A stretch of DNA of 54,661 nucleotides, counting the filler, from Asterionella formosa (Eukaryota), in the NCBI GenBank assembly GCA_002256025.1. It is 4 parts of 4 records of this genome, joined end to end, with 100 filler letters (N's around TTAATTAATTAA, not from the genome) between each part and the next. Parts side by side here need not be neighbours in the genome. Positions count along the whole stretch, not along the records: positions 1 to 13,594 come from NKIB01006566.1; 3 more parts are not named here. One strand, written 5' to 3'. Below are positions 1 through 12,720 of this stretch, piece by piece (the first letter of the stretch is position 1; every line of letters begins with the position of its first letter). The translations under genes were made by a program, and so were the position numbers. The notes under the pieces are model-generated. The model had not been told where the DNA came from. It made no database searches and saw only the letters and a list, made by a program, of their open reading frames with translations.

Positions 1-708
1 GGAGTAAGCATATGCCTTGCTCCCCCCCCCCCCCCCTTTGAAAATGGTTGGGATGTATGGACCCAGAACTATAAAACTGGGGATACTGGTAATGAAATTG
101 CTGGCAGTGATGGTGGTTCAGGTGTTTTGGTGAAATGCTTTTCTCCTAGCTTCTACTTTTATCATTTAACATTTAGCTCACTTTATTCCGAAACATAGAG
201 TCTACAAGCCTTCACTTAAGTTACTATTCTTCAATTATCTACAGTTTCCATAACACTTTCAAGTGTTGGGTTTAAATATTCCAAGTAGTAATTGATGAAG
301 AACCTCTAGGAGTTGTCGCCAGTTGACAAAAGGCAAGTTGGAGAGACAGGAAATCATTAATAATGGAGTTACCACAATGGACATGACTGTTGTGGGAACT
401 TGTTAATAGGTGAGTAACCCCGATGGACAGGACTGTTGTGGGACAAGAAAATAGTAATAGAGGAGAAACAACAGTCCTGGCAGGACTGTTAAGAGACAGG
501 AAGTTAGTAGTAGTGGTGGAGTATCCACGATGGGCAGAGAGGTATAAGTTGGTATTTAACTATGTTCATGAATATGCAAAAGTAGGATACAAATGTAACC
601 AAAATGGGAGGTAAGAAATGAATTGTTATTATTAATATTTGTATCATTTTCATTTACTTGTTAACACTAATGTAATCACAATTCTAATGCGGGTAAGTTC
701 TTGCTTAT

Positions 709-1493
709 ATGCCACCAGTGATTAGGGTAAGAAACGACCTGGGGAAGGCAAAAACTCCAAGTAGTACCGCCAGTATCCCTCCCACAGCCTCTTTAATTAG
801 CAATCTTTCAGGCACTACACCAGCAACTGAACGAAGCAGAACCCCCTTAAGAAATCCAATTCGTGTTGATGGTACTTTCCCACAGCCACCCAATGTGGCC
901 TCGCTACCAACAATGGAAGAAATGTGACACCATCAGAAAATGAACTTAATGGCCCAGAAAGTCAGGAAGTTCTATTAAAAGCTTATCGAATCGCTCACAA
1001 AGTTCGACTAAAACACCCACTACTTTGAACCAGGTGCAAGTTAACTGGAAATCACCGTTGGACAAGGATTTCATGAATTGTAAGCGCCAAGGAATGGCTA
1101 TTCTGGTTATGGAAGCCATGACAAAACTTATGGAACGTCATTACCTGACAGTTACCAAAAAACACCAAGAGATGTTAAAGGCAAACAAAAACTATAAAGC
1201 ATTCTACCAGATGACTATGGAGGATCTCTATGACAGTGAGAGACATTCCTGAGTATAGGCGACTCGTTAAAAAAAGATTCAAGAAATATTTCATTGAGTG
1301 CTATGCTGAGACATCGGGCAATTTCTCTGCTTTCAATATAAGGGAACGAGCTTGCCATACTGAGGAGCTGAACAGAAGAGATGCTGCTGCAAGAGAAGAA
1401 AACGTTCATCTACCTTATGAACATTACATTACTATGGGTAGTAGTGTTCGGAGAAATATGATGCAGTGTGAAGGAGAAATGGAAGAGATCTAA
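709..1493 (+). pseudogene. Frameshifted ORF remnant of unknown function (possibly a transposon accessory gene)
   Basis: Three consecutive protein-like segments in different + frames (709-927, ~930-1252, 1230-1493) read as one ~260 aa product broken by two frameshifts. No family was recognised. Confidence 0.35.
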
Positions 1494-2193
1494 CCGTAAC
1501 ACATATATCTAGCTGTTAGTAAAAGATAACTAGCTAATTTCGTATCTATGAAACAATGCATTTGCAGAGGATGTTATTTCTATATATCTCCAACGTCTGC
1601 GCGTCCTGCCAATATCTACTCATTACCTCAATCGTTTCGACTGGTGGCATCGAGTAAAAATTTGCGAGAATGTATGGATCGATGGGATATTGATCACAAA
1701 CAGGAAGAAACATAATTTTTCGTGAGCGGTACTAGATAGTACTATACTAGTACATCTAGTAGTTGCTCGTTGCCTGTATTAGTATTTTAGGCAAAAACTG
1801 ATGAGCTTTCACCCTCTATCACTTAATTGCATCATTGAATGAAAATCAAGGAGTGTCTACTGTACTGATGTGGTACATATATATAAAATACGTATCATAA
1901 AAAGGCGCAATGGCTGATAGTCAGCTAGTAGTAGGAGTAACAATATGCTATTCTAACAAATCCTGCTTGTAGATACAGAATTTGGACCGGACGAAACATT
2001 TAGCAAAACCGCGCCGGTGTTTTTCTGGTAGAATGTACGTTGTTGTGGTACAACGAGAGAATCCAGGCCTTGCCAGGAGTTTTGCCAAACAGCAGGGTCC
2101 ACAAACACAAAAATTAGTATGGTGAAAAATTAAGCAATCAATATGGCCAACAGCCAATCACCCCCTGCTGGCTCTTCAGCAGCTAGATTAACA

Positions 2194-2826
2194 TGTTTTT
2201 GTTGTGTATCTAAATGCTAGTATGCATGGCTTGTCAGCTCACGCATTGTTGTTGCCAACATGGAAAATGAGGTCCAGAATGAAAATTGTTCAGGTAAGAT
2301 TAACGCTACTGATAACTCACACTGATCTTCCTCTACATTCAATTGACAATGCAGCAAACCCTTTCAATTCAGGAGCAGTCGGATGAAATCCAGGATTGAG
2401 TATTGTTGCTTTCTGATTCTGTGTTAATGTCATATGATAACAGGGCTCCGTAAATCATGAGTTGTTAGTGTGCCTTGGCGTGCTGTTTGTCATGCTGCCA
2501 GCTGCTGCTGTATTTCTACTGAATTATTGAACAACTATGCGAAACTTTATGTGCCAGCAGCTACCTCGACTCAAATAAAAGAACTCTGCAATACAATTGA
2601 ATGGTGAGTGTGTTTTTGTTGTGTACTTCTAAATGCTACTACTATGGCTTGTCAGCTCACGCATTGTTGTTGACAACAGGAGGGACAATGAGGTCCGCCA
2701 CGATAGTTGTTCTGGTAAGATTACTGCGCTATTTTGACGGCTATATGAGCAATGCTACTGATAACTCACACTGATCTTCCTCTACATTCAATTGACATTG
2801 CAGCAAACCCTTTCAGTGCAGGAGCA
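2194..2826 (+). repeat. Direct duplication of a ~190-215 bp unit carrying splice-site-like motifs
   Basis: Copies at 2194-2377 and 2611-2826 share blocks such as atggcttgtcagctcacgcattgttgttg and gctactgataactcacactgatcttcctctacattcaattgaca. Confidence 0.9.
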
Positions 2827-2900
2827 TTCGCATGCCGTTCCGAATGAGCAGGCTTTATTTCATTAATGAAACTCTTTAATTTAGTTTAATTACCTACAGT

Positions 2901-3110
2901 AAAATGGTTGAACAACCTTCAGAAAAATAGTGGAATGGCTTTCAGAAAATTGGTTGAACAACCTTGTGATAATTAGTTGAATGAACTCCAGAAAATTACG
3001 TTAACAAATTTTACATATTAAGTGAACTTTATTCTAGAATTATGTGAACGAAATTATAAGGCAATGTGAACTAAATTACAGAATTACGTGAAGTATTTCA
3101 AATAATTACT
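2901..3110. repeat. Degenerate ~22-bp-period minisatellite
   Basis: Recurrent aaaattg(g)ttgaacaaccttcag / aattatgtgaac-like units. Confidence 0.6.
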
Positions 3111-4825
3111 ATTCAACAAAAAGTTGAAATCGGCGCTGGAAGTTATTTTCGGTCAACATTTGCTCAGTTTTGAAGATATGACCAAAGTAGCGACAGTGTT
3201 GAGTCCGCGGTGATTTGTTTGATAACTTTGACAAGACAAGTTTTTCTATGTTTTGTAGAAATAGTTAAGAAAACTTGAGCGATAGTATTCTTGGAGAGTG
3301 TACAACATTTCAAGATGCAACAAATTCCTCTACATCAATTTTGTAGTGACTTTCATTTACACACTTTTTGTCGTGGTCAACATTTCTATGGAATGTTGAT
3401 AAGGTCATTTGACAGCTTCCTATGGACATACTTTCAGCCATTCAACAATACTGCTTGTTCTTTACGCAAATAAAAACTTCGCATTGCGGAAATGATCACG
3501 AACTCCGCCCCTGACTGACGGTTTATGCATTTTCGGATACTTTTATGCAAAAAAGGTATTCTTTCCAACTAATTGTTTTGTCAGAGACATGATCCTGAGA
3601 GCGAAGAAGCTCAAGGTATGTATTTCTATGATGATACGTATGCATACCTATGTTATAACTCATGTGCGTTCCTTACTACATTACTTCTCAAATACTTGGC
3701 ACTAAGAACATCGCAAGCTAGGGGCTAACATAAAATGCACTAGCTTTCTGTTAACTTAGCTTGCTTGTACAGCTTCAGGTATGTAAAATGCTGCTCGTTG
3801 CACTGCCCATAGGAGGAGGAAGAGTGTGGTTTCTTCCCTTGTAAACTCTAGTGTTGTCTTACCTAGTACGAAAATCATTCTTAATAAATCCATTTGTGGA
3901 TTGGCTGAAATAAATGCCAGGTACCAGCTGCCATCAACAGAAATGCAGCACCAAGCAAAGCTTGCACTTTTGAGAAGTTTGAAGAAGACAAGGACCAACT
4001 TCCAGTTCCCGATAAATATTCTTCCAAGCTTGCATTTATTCCTCCTCCTGGCCGGTGATGTCAAACCAGTTGATAGCTATTCAAAGTTCCTTTTTCATAT
4101 CATCCTATCTACTGCTGTTGATTGTCATGGTGATAAAATTTCTGCACCTCTTCCTGCTGCCTTGGTTCCACTTCTCAAGTACTATAATTCCAGCACTGCA
4201 AACTCCTCAACACATTTACCATTCTGGTCTTCTGCCACCTCCACAACATGATGCAATCTACCATTCCGGCCCTCCTCCCCCAGCAGTACCCAACACTGGA
4301 TATTCCTAGCTAGCAGCAGCAATAATATTCTTATCATTCCCAGCCGACAACACCACAAAAAATTTACCATGCCCCTGCTCCTCCTCCTTGTCTGGTCAGT
4401 CTACTACCACCAGCTGACTTCAACCCCAGCTCCCACCCATCTGCCACACCATCACCAACATGCAGTGGCATATACGATTACCCCAGCTCCTGCCTCCATA
4501 TAGAAAAATTATTTTTATGAGGTGACATGATGGAAACTTGAGTGTAACTTTTTTTGTGACGTTGAAGTTTGAAAAAATATTTTTTGTTGATTATTTTCTC
4601 ACCCAATCTATATTCCTTTCCTATTCTCTCTTCACGCTTTCTCCTGGCACTCTTCACTTGATTCATTATCTTGTTGCTTACCTTTGTTGTTGATGATTCA
4701 TTTATTTAATCATACTATGATTGCAAAAAATGATGATCAATTTTTGACATCCATGTGTTACTATCAGTTTTGTGTGAATTTTTCGATGGTCCAAATTTCT
4801 CTTCTCCATGGAGTTCTTTGACCTA

Positions 4826-5042
4826 ATTGATAAACCGACATTTACTGTTACTGGTAGTCTAGCTGTCATTCGAAAATCTGCAATTTTAATACTGAAAATT
4901 TCGATGTGCCCCAAATTGCCCCTAATTATAAATTATTGATAAACCGACATTTACTGTTAGCGGTGGTCTATCTCAGCTGTCATGCTAAAATCTGCAATTT
5001 TAATGCTGAAAATTTCGATGTGCCCCATATTGCCCCTTAATA
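4826..5042. repeat. Tandem duplication of a ~105 bp unit
   Basis: attgataaaccgacatttactgtta...aaaatctgcaattttaat.ctgaaaatttcgatgtgcccca.attgcccc at 4826-4929 and 4935-5042. Confidence 0.92.
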
Positions 5043-5614
5043 GAAATTACTTAGAGGTACTCGAGTGGCAAGACAATAAAAGCTGGTGCGGGAATTGCTA
5101 TGTAGAGCAATAATGTTGGAGTTTGTTTCCATGCGAAGTGCTCCATGGACTGTGTGTTGCGTCCCCGATATTTTCGGGCAAATGAGGATTGATCTTCGGC
5201 CGTGAGCAAGGGAAATGCGATGTAATTAGCCTACCGGTAGTAAGACAGTAAAAGCATACGAAGATTTCAGACCCAACAATTTTCTGTGCCTGTGAGTGTG
5301 TGCACCTTCGTATTTCGGGCAGCACGGTAAAGGTTTCGTCCTTGATACCAGTAACTACCGGTTTTACAGGGCGGGGCTATTACACTTCAAAATCCCCTGG
5401 AAAAAGAACGAATAGTATACCGGTAGCAATACTAGTTCCAAGGAATATTCCGCTGCATTTATATGTATTGCGTCATGATGAGCGAATGAATCTTCCTTGG
5501 ACCAAGAATTCTTGTTTTCGGATCTACATACGAGGGAGGCACTTGTTTGTATCTACGTAGCAACATAGAGACTGGTAATACCGGTGGGCTGCAAAGGGTA
5601 CCCCTCATTCCTGG

Positions 5615-5755
5615 GGTACATGGTACCTGGTACCAGGTACCAGGTACTGTAGTCTACCTGGTAACAGGTACCAGGTACTCTACACCTCGTGCCCTGGTAC
5701 CAGGTACCCTACCAGGTACCAGGTTCAATACCTAATATACCTGGTACATGGTACT
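5615..5755. repeat. Cluster of overlapping TACCWGGTA/GGTACC quasi-palindromes
   Basis: Nine ACCWGGT copies counted by eye in ~140 bp. The same motif clusters at ~10321-10378, 23158-23222, 37481-37537, 40725-40737 and 48054-48180. Confidence 0.85.
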
Positions 5756-5934
5756 GCACAAGGTAAATACAAAAAAGACCTGCCTTGACCTTATGTATGC
5801 CTGCCTGCCTGCCCCGAATCGTTATGATTGACATATTTCATGGTGGAACTTTGCTGACTCTCATTTTACCTAATAACCACCCACAAATACAACCATAACA
5901 TCATACCTTAACGAGGACGCGATTATTTCCTTCC

Positions 5935-8102
5935 ATGGCCTCTCTTGCTACTTTTGAGCAGAACGTTCTTCAGGACACAGGATGTGATCCCAACCAAGTT
6001 GTAACTGGAAAATCTTTAGTCTCATCTGCCCATTCTGCGCAGAGCTCCAATCACAGTTCCATCGTCGACAAAGGGGATGGTTCATCCTGTATAACTCCGG
6101 TAGCGTCCGTAGAAGATCAAGACGGAGCTAAGAAGGCCACGAAAAAGAAGAAAAAGGATAAAGACAAGAAAATCAAAGTTGACGAGAACGGAAACCAAAT
6201 AAAGAAGAAGAAAAAACCGAAGGCGAAGGAAAACGAGAACCTAGTAGGGATACCAATTTCGCAACAGAAGGAATTACAAAGAAAACGACTAGAAGTGGTG
6301 CCTTCAGAAGAGCACTTCTTGTCACAAACGGACGAACTAGATGAGTTCGAAACCTTCTTTGTCGAGCACATCCAAAAACAGGCTCCCGTTGCTCCTGGCG
6401 AAAGGAACAGTGATGTTTTTCCCTTCGAGAAGTGTTCGCATCAAACCTCGCCTCACTTCGGCATCCAATGTCTTCAGCCTCCGAAAGCTTCTTATCTCCA
6501 GAAAGCACCAGCCCGAACCGAAGGTACTGTGACCACAATCGCATCTACAGAATCATACCCTCCACCACCAGTGACTACTGTCGAGGTATATCACGACATG
6601 GAAAGGTACGATGACGACGATGACATCACACTAGAAACGATGGACAACCGCGGTCACTTGCTTCAGACTTTTTTACGGCGTAACGGGCACGACGATGAGC
6701 TTGCTCTACAAACCGCAATGGCATTTCAATCATTTCTGCAAAATCAGCGAGAGTTAATGGCGACCACCACTGGTATCGATAGTTCCTCGCAACGATCAGA
6801 TTCAAAAGCTTCTTCAACAGGAATATCACAGTACGACGACGAAGAATCTTTTGAACGCCATCAGAAGGACAAGATGAAACACGAAAGAGAATTTTCCCTC
6901 CGGGATGGTTGGGATGCAGGGTCATTTGTCTCGTATGATGATCATCTGGACCGAAAACCAGCCGCTGTTTCTAGGAAGCAATTTACGGAGCCAGCAAATG
7001 ACAATGAATGGACCAAGATTCGACGAAACGAAACCTTTATGCGAGGCAGGTTGGGAGATGGTGAGGAGAATACATACTCCGCTGCACGACCCCGCAATAT
7101 GGTGGCTGCGACCCAAAGGAGCATTGTGACTCAAACCCATCCCCTAAATCCTCTGATTCCAATACCTCAACCACCTCCAATGACTCCTCTCCAATATTAC
7201 AACGATTCTCCATTGATTCGCAAAGCGCCTGTATCATTACGTAGCTATCAGCAACAAATGTCATCGCTATCAATAGAACAACGCTCTTGTGTCATTCAAT
7301 TAAAGACGAAATGGGAAGAAAGGGCTGATAGAGGCAATAAGCCGCTTCCGGATGAGTGGTTCATTCGATTTGCAAAGTGTAGCCCAGGCAAACCGTTCGA
7401 TTACACGACTGCATGGAAGATCATGAAGAAGTTCGACTATCGATACTTGGACCTATCGATCCTGTCTATGGAGAGGCAACTCTTGACTAAGACACTATTT
7501 CCTTGTCCTGGCCTCAAGTCTAAGTCGGGTTATGACAGTAAGTATGGATTTAGTTGGTCGTCGGCTGAACCCTTTTCTATTCACGATTTCTAATCCCCCT
7601 TTCATGCCCTGCAAAAGTGTTTTACATGAAACCTAGTCGATACTTTCCCAAAAAGACTTCTGTGACGACGGTAATTGATAATTTGGTTTACGTGATGGAA
7701 TGCATGTTAGACGACGAGCAAACCGCTACCGATGGTGTTGGTTTTATCGCCAACATGACGGACTGGAGGATGGCAAACTTTTCAGTTCCATATTGTCACA
7801 AGTTCATGATGACACTTCAGGGTCGTCGCGTGCCGACTAGGGTTGGGCTTTTCTTGATTGTTAATCCTCCGGCCTGGTTTGGAAGCATTTGGGCTATTAT
7901 GAAGCCAATGTTGAGTGAAGGTTTTCGCAAAAAGGTTTACATGATCAGCTTTCATGCGATGGCGTTGCATTTGGCACCAGGATATGAAAGGTACTTGCCT
8001 GATGATATTTACAGTGGAATGGCATCAACAAATGCGATTGTGCAGAAGTTTATTGCAGATCGAAAGGTTATCGAGAGCTTCAGGATGCTTCAGTCCCGGT
8101 GA
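5935..8102 (+). CDS. CRAL-TRIO (Sec14-like) lipid-binding domain protein with long low-complexity N-terminus; exons 5935-7537, 7618-8102
   Basis: C-terminal CRAL-TRIO motifs: DEWFIRFAKC, DGVGFIANMTDW, LQGRRVPTRVGLFLIVNPPAWFGSIWAIMKPMLSEGFRKKV, YLPDDI.GG-like. An 80-nt phase-1 intron (GTAAGT 7538...AG 7617) joins the two ORFs in frame. Confidence 0.9.
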
Positions 8103-8923
8103 GTCAAGTCGTCTGGGCTTAAAATTCAATGAAGGATGCTATGACGTGCTTGAAAATCTTGTTTCCCCTGCATCACAGCTGGAGAGCAGGTGCTTGCTGG
8201 CCTTGGGTGATGGGGTGATACATTTTAGACGTGATTCGTTGCCGCATTTGTCACACATTATTAGGGATGCCAGGTTGAAATTATTATCATACATACCCGG
8301 TAGATTGATATCTCTGATGCATGGCTGATAGTTTCTCGGTTTTGGCTCACATCTTCAGGGTTCTAAGGTCGAAATTATTATTGGCCTTCACAGGTATCTC
8401 CGATGCACAGTAATAGTCATCATGGTACCAGTACAGCATGACTATCGGTAAATTGCTATTCCGTCCGTTAAAATAGTGGTATAGTGGTTTGATGCTTGGA
8501 AGTTTCATGTGTCGGAGTTACTAGTGCACACTTTTAACGACATGACTTGGTCAGTGAAAATGAAAGGCACGATGTTTGACTAAGCGAATTCAAATCGACA
8601 ACAGATGTGTAGTAACAAATTACGTTCCTATGGCTGGTAGGTGAATCGAAACTGCGACAATGACTGCTAAGTCCCTACTTGGACCGCATCGTACACACAT
8701 GAAAGAAGATAAGAGAGAACAAATATTGCTTAACCTAGGAACAAATCCGGTATTGATAACTGTTATCATGTACACTATGAATATTATGGTTGACAAAAGC
8801 TCCAAAATGAGAAAAAGATGATGGCGTTCTTTGTTGTCGTAGACCATTGCAGCCTTGACTAGGATCCACGACAATGCCCAATTGAACGCAGCATGAGATT
8901 TCGAGCAAACAAAACATTTGCGG

Positions 8924-9676
8924 TTAATCTCGTGAATTCAAGCAATCCCTTAGTCGTCTGACTTCCTCGAGTGCGATCGTGTGAGTGTGGGCTTCGTATT
9001 CAACTCTTCCTTCGAACGCGCGCGGTATGCATTCTTCCAATAGCTCGTCGAGATATTTTCCCATCGTCAACGAATATTCAGGATCAGCACGGATGTAGAT
9101 TGGATCTGAACGATCGTCAACCCAATTTGTGACATTATGATCCGATTGCCATCCGCTCGTTGTATCAATGAAGGACTTGGCAAAATCGGGAGAGATGGAG
9201 AGACATCCTCTTAATATGATATCTACGTATGATTGTGGAATGGGATGAGAGATATCGGAGGGAACGGCGCACTTCTGAACATAGATCCATACGTTGAGTT
9301 TTTTGTGGAACCTTTCTTGGAAAACCACGTGATCACCTTCGTCTTCAGAGTCAGTTTCGACGAGAAAAGGCACCTTCTCAACTTCATGAAGGGGGATGGG
9401 AAGACGATCGTATGCCTTCTCACGTTCATCCAGCTGCAAAAGTTCCTTTCCATTCACCTCTAGGAGCACTCCGGTGCATTTTGCTCCTTCTTGGAATCGA
9501 ACACCCATTGCCGTGTATCCGGTCTTCGTCCGCGCGGACCACGTGCGTTTGACGTTGTTGAGAATAACTGGAAGGGCTTGATGATTGGCAAGAGACGGAG
9601 AAGTGATCATGCGAGATAAGGGGCAAATGAGAGAACCATAGCCGAAGATGAAGTGCCTTTGTTTGAGAGTCTTCAT
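8924..9676 (-). CDS. Gamma-glutamylcyclotransferase (GGCT/ChaC/AIG2)-like protein
   Basis: FIFGYGSLI motif, GVLLEV..ELLQLDEREKAYDR, VWIYV and PIPQSYVDIILRGC; intact 250-aa ORF. Confidence 0.85.
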   Translation of the reverse strand: MKTLKQRHFIFGYGSLICPLSRMITSPSLANHQALPVILNNVKRTWSARTKTGYTAMGVRFQEGAKCTGVLLEVNGKELLQLDEREKAYDRLPIPLHEVEKVPFLVETDSEDEGDHVVFQERFHKKLNVWIYVQKCAVPSDISHPIPQSYVDIILRGCLSISPDFAKSFIDTTSGWQSDHNVTNWVDDRSDPIYIRADPEYSLTMGKYLDELLEECIPRAFEGRVEYEAHTHTIALEEVRRLRDCLNSRD

Positions 9677-11599
9677 GGCGCATGTTCAGTTCATCTTCTC
9701 AAAGGTGAGTGGAAGAAGAATTGTGAGTGAACAAAAGAAAAGGTGACGACATATTCCGAGGAGCTCACAGCCCAGCCGGCGATGATGCGATAAATCACAG
9801 TCGGAGTGGACAGGCGCGCAATGCTGACGTAATCAGAATATTGCTCAGCTAAATAAATAAAAGAATTCGATAGAATTTTAGAATCAAAGATAGCTGTGAA
9901 GCATTTTCCATTTTTCGAACTCGTACTGACCATTCATTCAATTCAAATGTGTACCGGTGTATTCCGAGAGTAACATCTAGGGCGTTGATGAAAAAATTAT
10001 ATACCGGTAGTGTGATTTCAGCATCCCACTGTACTTGCCGGTAGTTAGCTAAGCAAAGAGCAATGGGGCATGAAACACCCAAAACCTGCGAGGTAATGAC
10101 GTCACAAAGTTGAGTTGTTTCCTACAGAATTGAACCTGCGAGGTCGTTTGTGTCCGCATTTAAGCTTTCGAAGAGGTCTATCTTTTGAAATTGCCCATAG
10201 AGCTCGATTCGAACAGTTGAATATTCTTTTTTGGCGGAACAACGAAAGGTGTGGCACAAGAATTCCCACCGTACTTCGCTCGAATTAGTGCTGAACAAAG
10301 AGATTTCGCCTAATTTTGATTACCGGTTACCTGGTACCAGGTACCTAGCCTGATACTCCGTACCTGGTACTGGTACCATTTGTTGCTTGCCATGGAGTGC
10401 ATTGAGGTGCTCCACACGACTCACTCGAACAAGATTCTGGTGGCCTTACACAAGAGTGAAAAATTGTGTTCTTATCCTTTTTCTTCCTCCTGATTTTGAC
10501 TACATCAAGAAGTGGGCCTTTCTTGAGCACATTCCTGTTGGTAGCTGGATGAGTGATGGTGATCCCTGAAAATGCTACCATGAGTTCCATACTTTTGACA
10601 AAGTTGTATTACAGACAAAATTTTGCATTGCTTTGAGAATTGGGCAATAGTAAATTCCTATTATGTAAATTAGTAAACCCCAAGATAATATATTTTAATC
10701 TTGAGCAGACAATGAGAAACATCATCATAAAATGAAAGGGCTGAAAGTCAAACAAATGAGCAAGTGATGATGGTGGATACTGAAAATGGGACCCAATTTT
10801 GGAGCAGTACTGGGTGGCAAAAGGCTACTGCTCAATTATATCTAATGAATATGTAAATTAGAATGGCACATATTCTAGTAATGAATGTAACAACTATGGG
10901 ATGCATTTATTGCACTTTGAAGTGTGGTCGCAAGCTAGTAGTATCATAAGGTGATGGCAGGACAAAAAAACAATGTAAGGCATGCAACCTGGAAGCAGCA
11001 GCTGATGGGGAGCAATCCAAGGCAATGAATCACAATATTTATTTCATACTAGTCCTAGTACTCAGAACTTGCCATCCCACCAGATCCTGAACTTCTGATG
11101 TTGACTGCTGCAAATACAACTGAAAAACAAATTTTCACCATGAGCCATTCTCAATTTTTGCTAATAGAAGCAGTATTGCACCCCTGAGAAAGAAAACATC
11201 ACAACCAGCAGCAAGGACCCACTCTCGACTTTCGCTCACCTTAGAATCTGACCCACCTGAGAGGAGTCAGTATCCACAATCCACAAGCAAATTGGATCAA
11301 CAAGATTCCAATACATTCAAAGACGACTACTGCAATAGAAAGCATCATCGTATATCATGCTACAATGTATTGTGTGTTTGTGAATGTTCCGTGATAATTT
11401 CACCAAGAGTTTGTGTGACATCTGAATGGTCCCTCTGACCGCGTATAACATACACAGACGGTTATCCAACAGTCGACACAACATTGAACATTGTTACAAT
11501 GTCAATCTATCTATAACCGCATTCATTAAACTTCATTTTACTGAGCTTTGTATCGAACTTTTATTTGTTGCTATTCTCACGGTATTAACGTTGTTGATT

Positions 11600-12720
11600 T
11601 ATGCAGGTGTTATGCAACCAGGCGAGCAAAATGGGCAAACTGAGCGAGGAGGTACACGAAAGAAAAAGAGTTTGATTTTTGTGTCAATATCGATGTTGGC
11701 ATCTGAGATGGACAGACTTGCTTCTGCTATGCTGGTCAAGGCAGTACGCACGTATATAGCGTCGTGAGTAGAACTGTGTGCTGACTAGGAGTTTATCAAA
11801 GAGACAAAAAGATAAGAATTCATTGAGTCACAAGCTGAGAAGGAGGGTACCCCAAGATCGGCAGTGGAAAACTTATTCCCTGTGGAGTTCAGGACTTGTA
11901 TAGTATTTGTTTCATCAGGACCATGATTTCGCTAGCATTTAATTCTTCATCCTGCAGGCTTGTCTGAGCATAGATTATTGGAAGTCAGATGAGGCCAGGA
12001 CACTAATTTCTCCCAAAGCAAAGTAGGGAGATGAAGCCAATGTCAAAAGAGTTGTTATTTCCCGAATTGAGCTGTTCGAATCAATTAATAGACATCCCAA
12101 CCATTGGAATTTTTGGCGGAGGAGGGACATGCTGAGAAGCATTGCTCCGAATTTGAAATCTTCATGCTGAGACAGAGGAGGTTATAATTGGCCTGTGCTT
12201 TGAGGCAGTTTGTTCAGAAGGAAATCGGGGAATCCAGATGGACCTGGCAGCGGTGCCTCCAATATTCAATTGTAGTTATGAATGATCTTGAAATAGAAGC
12301 CAACTCTAATAATGTGTGGACTCTTGGAAGGTGGCATCAGCGACTGGCATACCATTTGCAAGATGCTTTCTGTAAGTAGCCAATCAAAAAGGATAAGGTC
12401 GCTCCCTCCATTCTTCCAATCAAATCCTGATGCCATGAATGCATTCAAGAAATTTGGGATCGCCAATTTAAATGACTTGTCTGTGGAAAAAATGTATGAA
12501 TATGTTCATGAACATCTGTTAACAACATTGGTTGCGAGTTTGGGTGTAGATGTTCCTGATGATTGCGATGTCTATGAAGACTTATCAGCAAGACCAGGAC
12601 AAAATATCCAAAATTCTCGTGTGATCATCAAAGTGTACTATCAGAACATGAGAAGTTTTGGCCCTTTCCATGAACAATGTCTAGATATTCTTTGTCATCG
12701 TCGATAATTATAGTCTGCCT
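11600..12720 (+). mobile_element. Decayed transposase-like coding remnant
   Basis: Interrupted protein-like segments (RWTWQRCLQYS...TLGRWHQ; LPPFFQSNPDAMNAFKKFGIANLNDLSVEKMYEYVHEHLL) with stops and frameshifts in CpG-poor DNA. They resemble the N-terminal part of a repetitive DDE-transposase-like family, but no catalytic core is visible. Confidence 0.4.

Noticed and set aside
3756..4490. Possible RNase H or Harbinger transposase remnant (SASFAWCCISVDGS)
   Set aside because: A single short motif with none of the expected downstream motifs; too decayed to call.
2194..5042. Direct repeats as a possible CRISPR array
   Set aside because: Only two long degenerate copies each, with no regular repeat-spacer structure, no cas genes and a eukaryotic context.
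8620..8917. Hydrophobic short ORFs downstream of the GGCT-like gene as an extra exon or gene
   Set aside because: No convincing splice path from the GGCT ORF, no good start and no recognisable motif.
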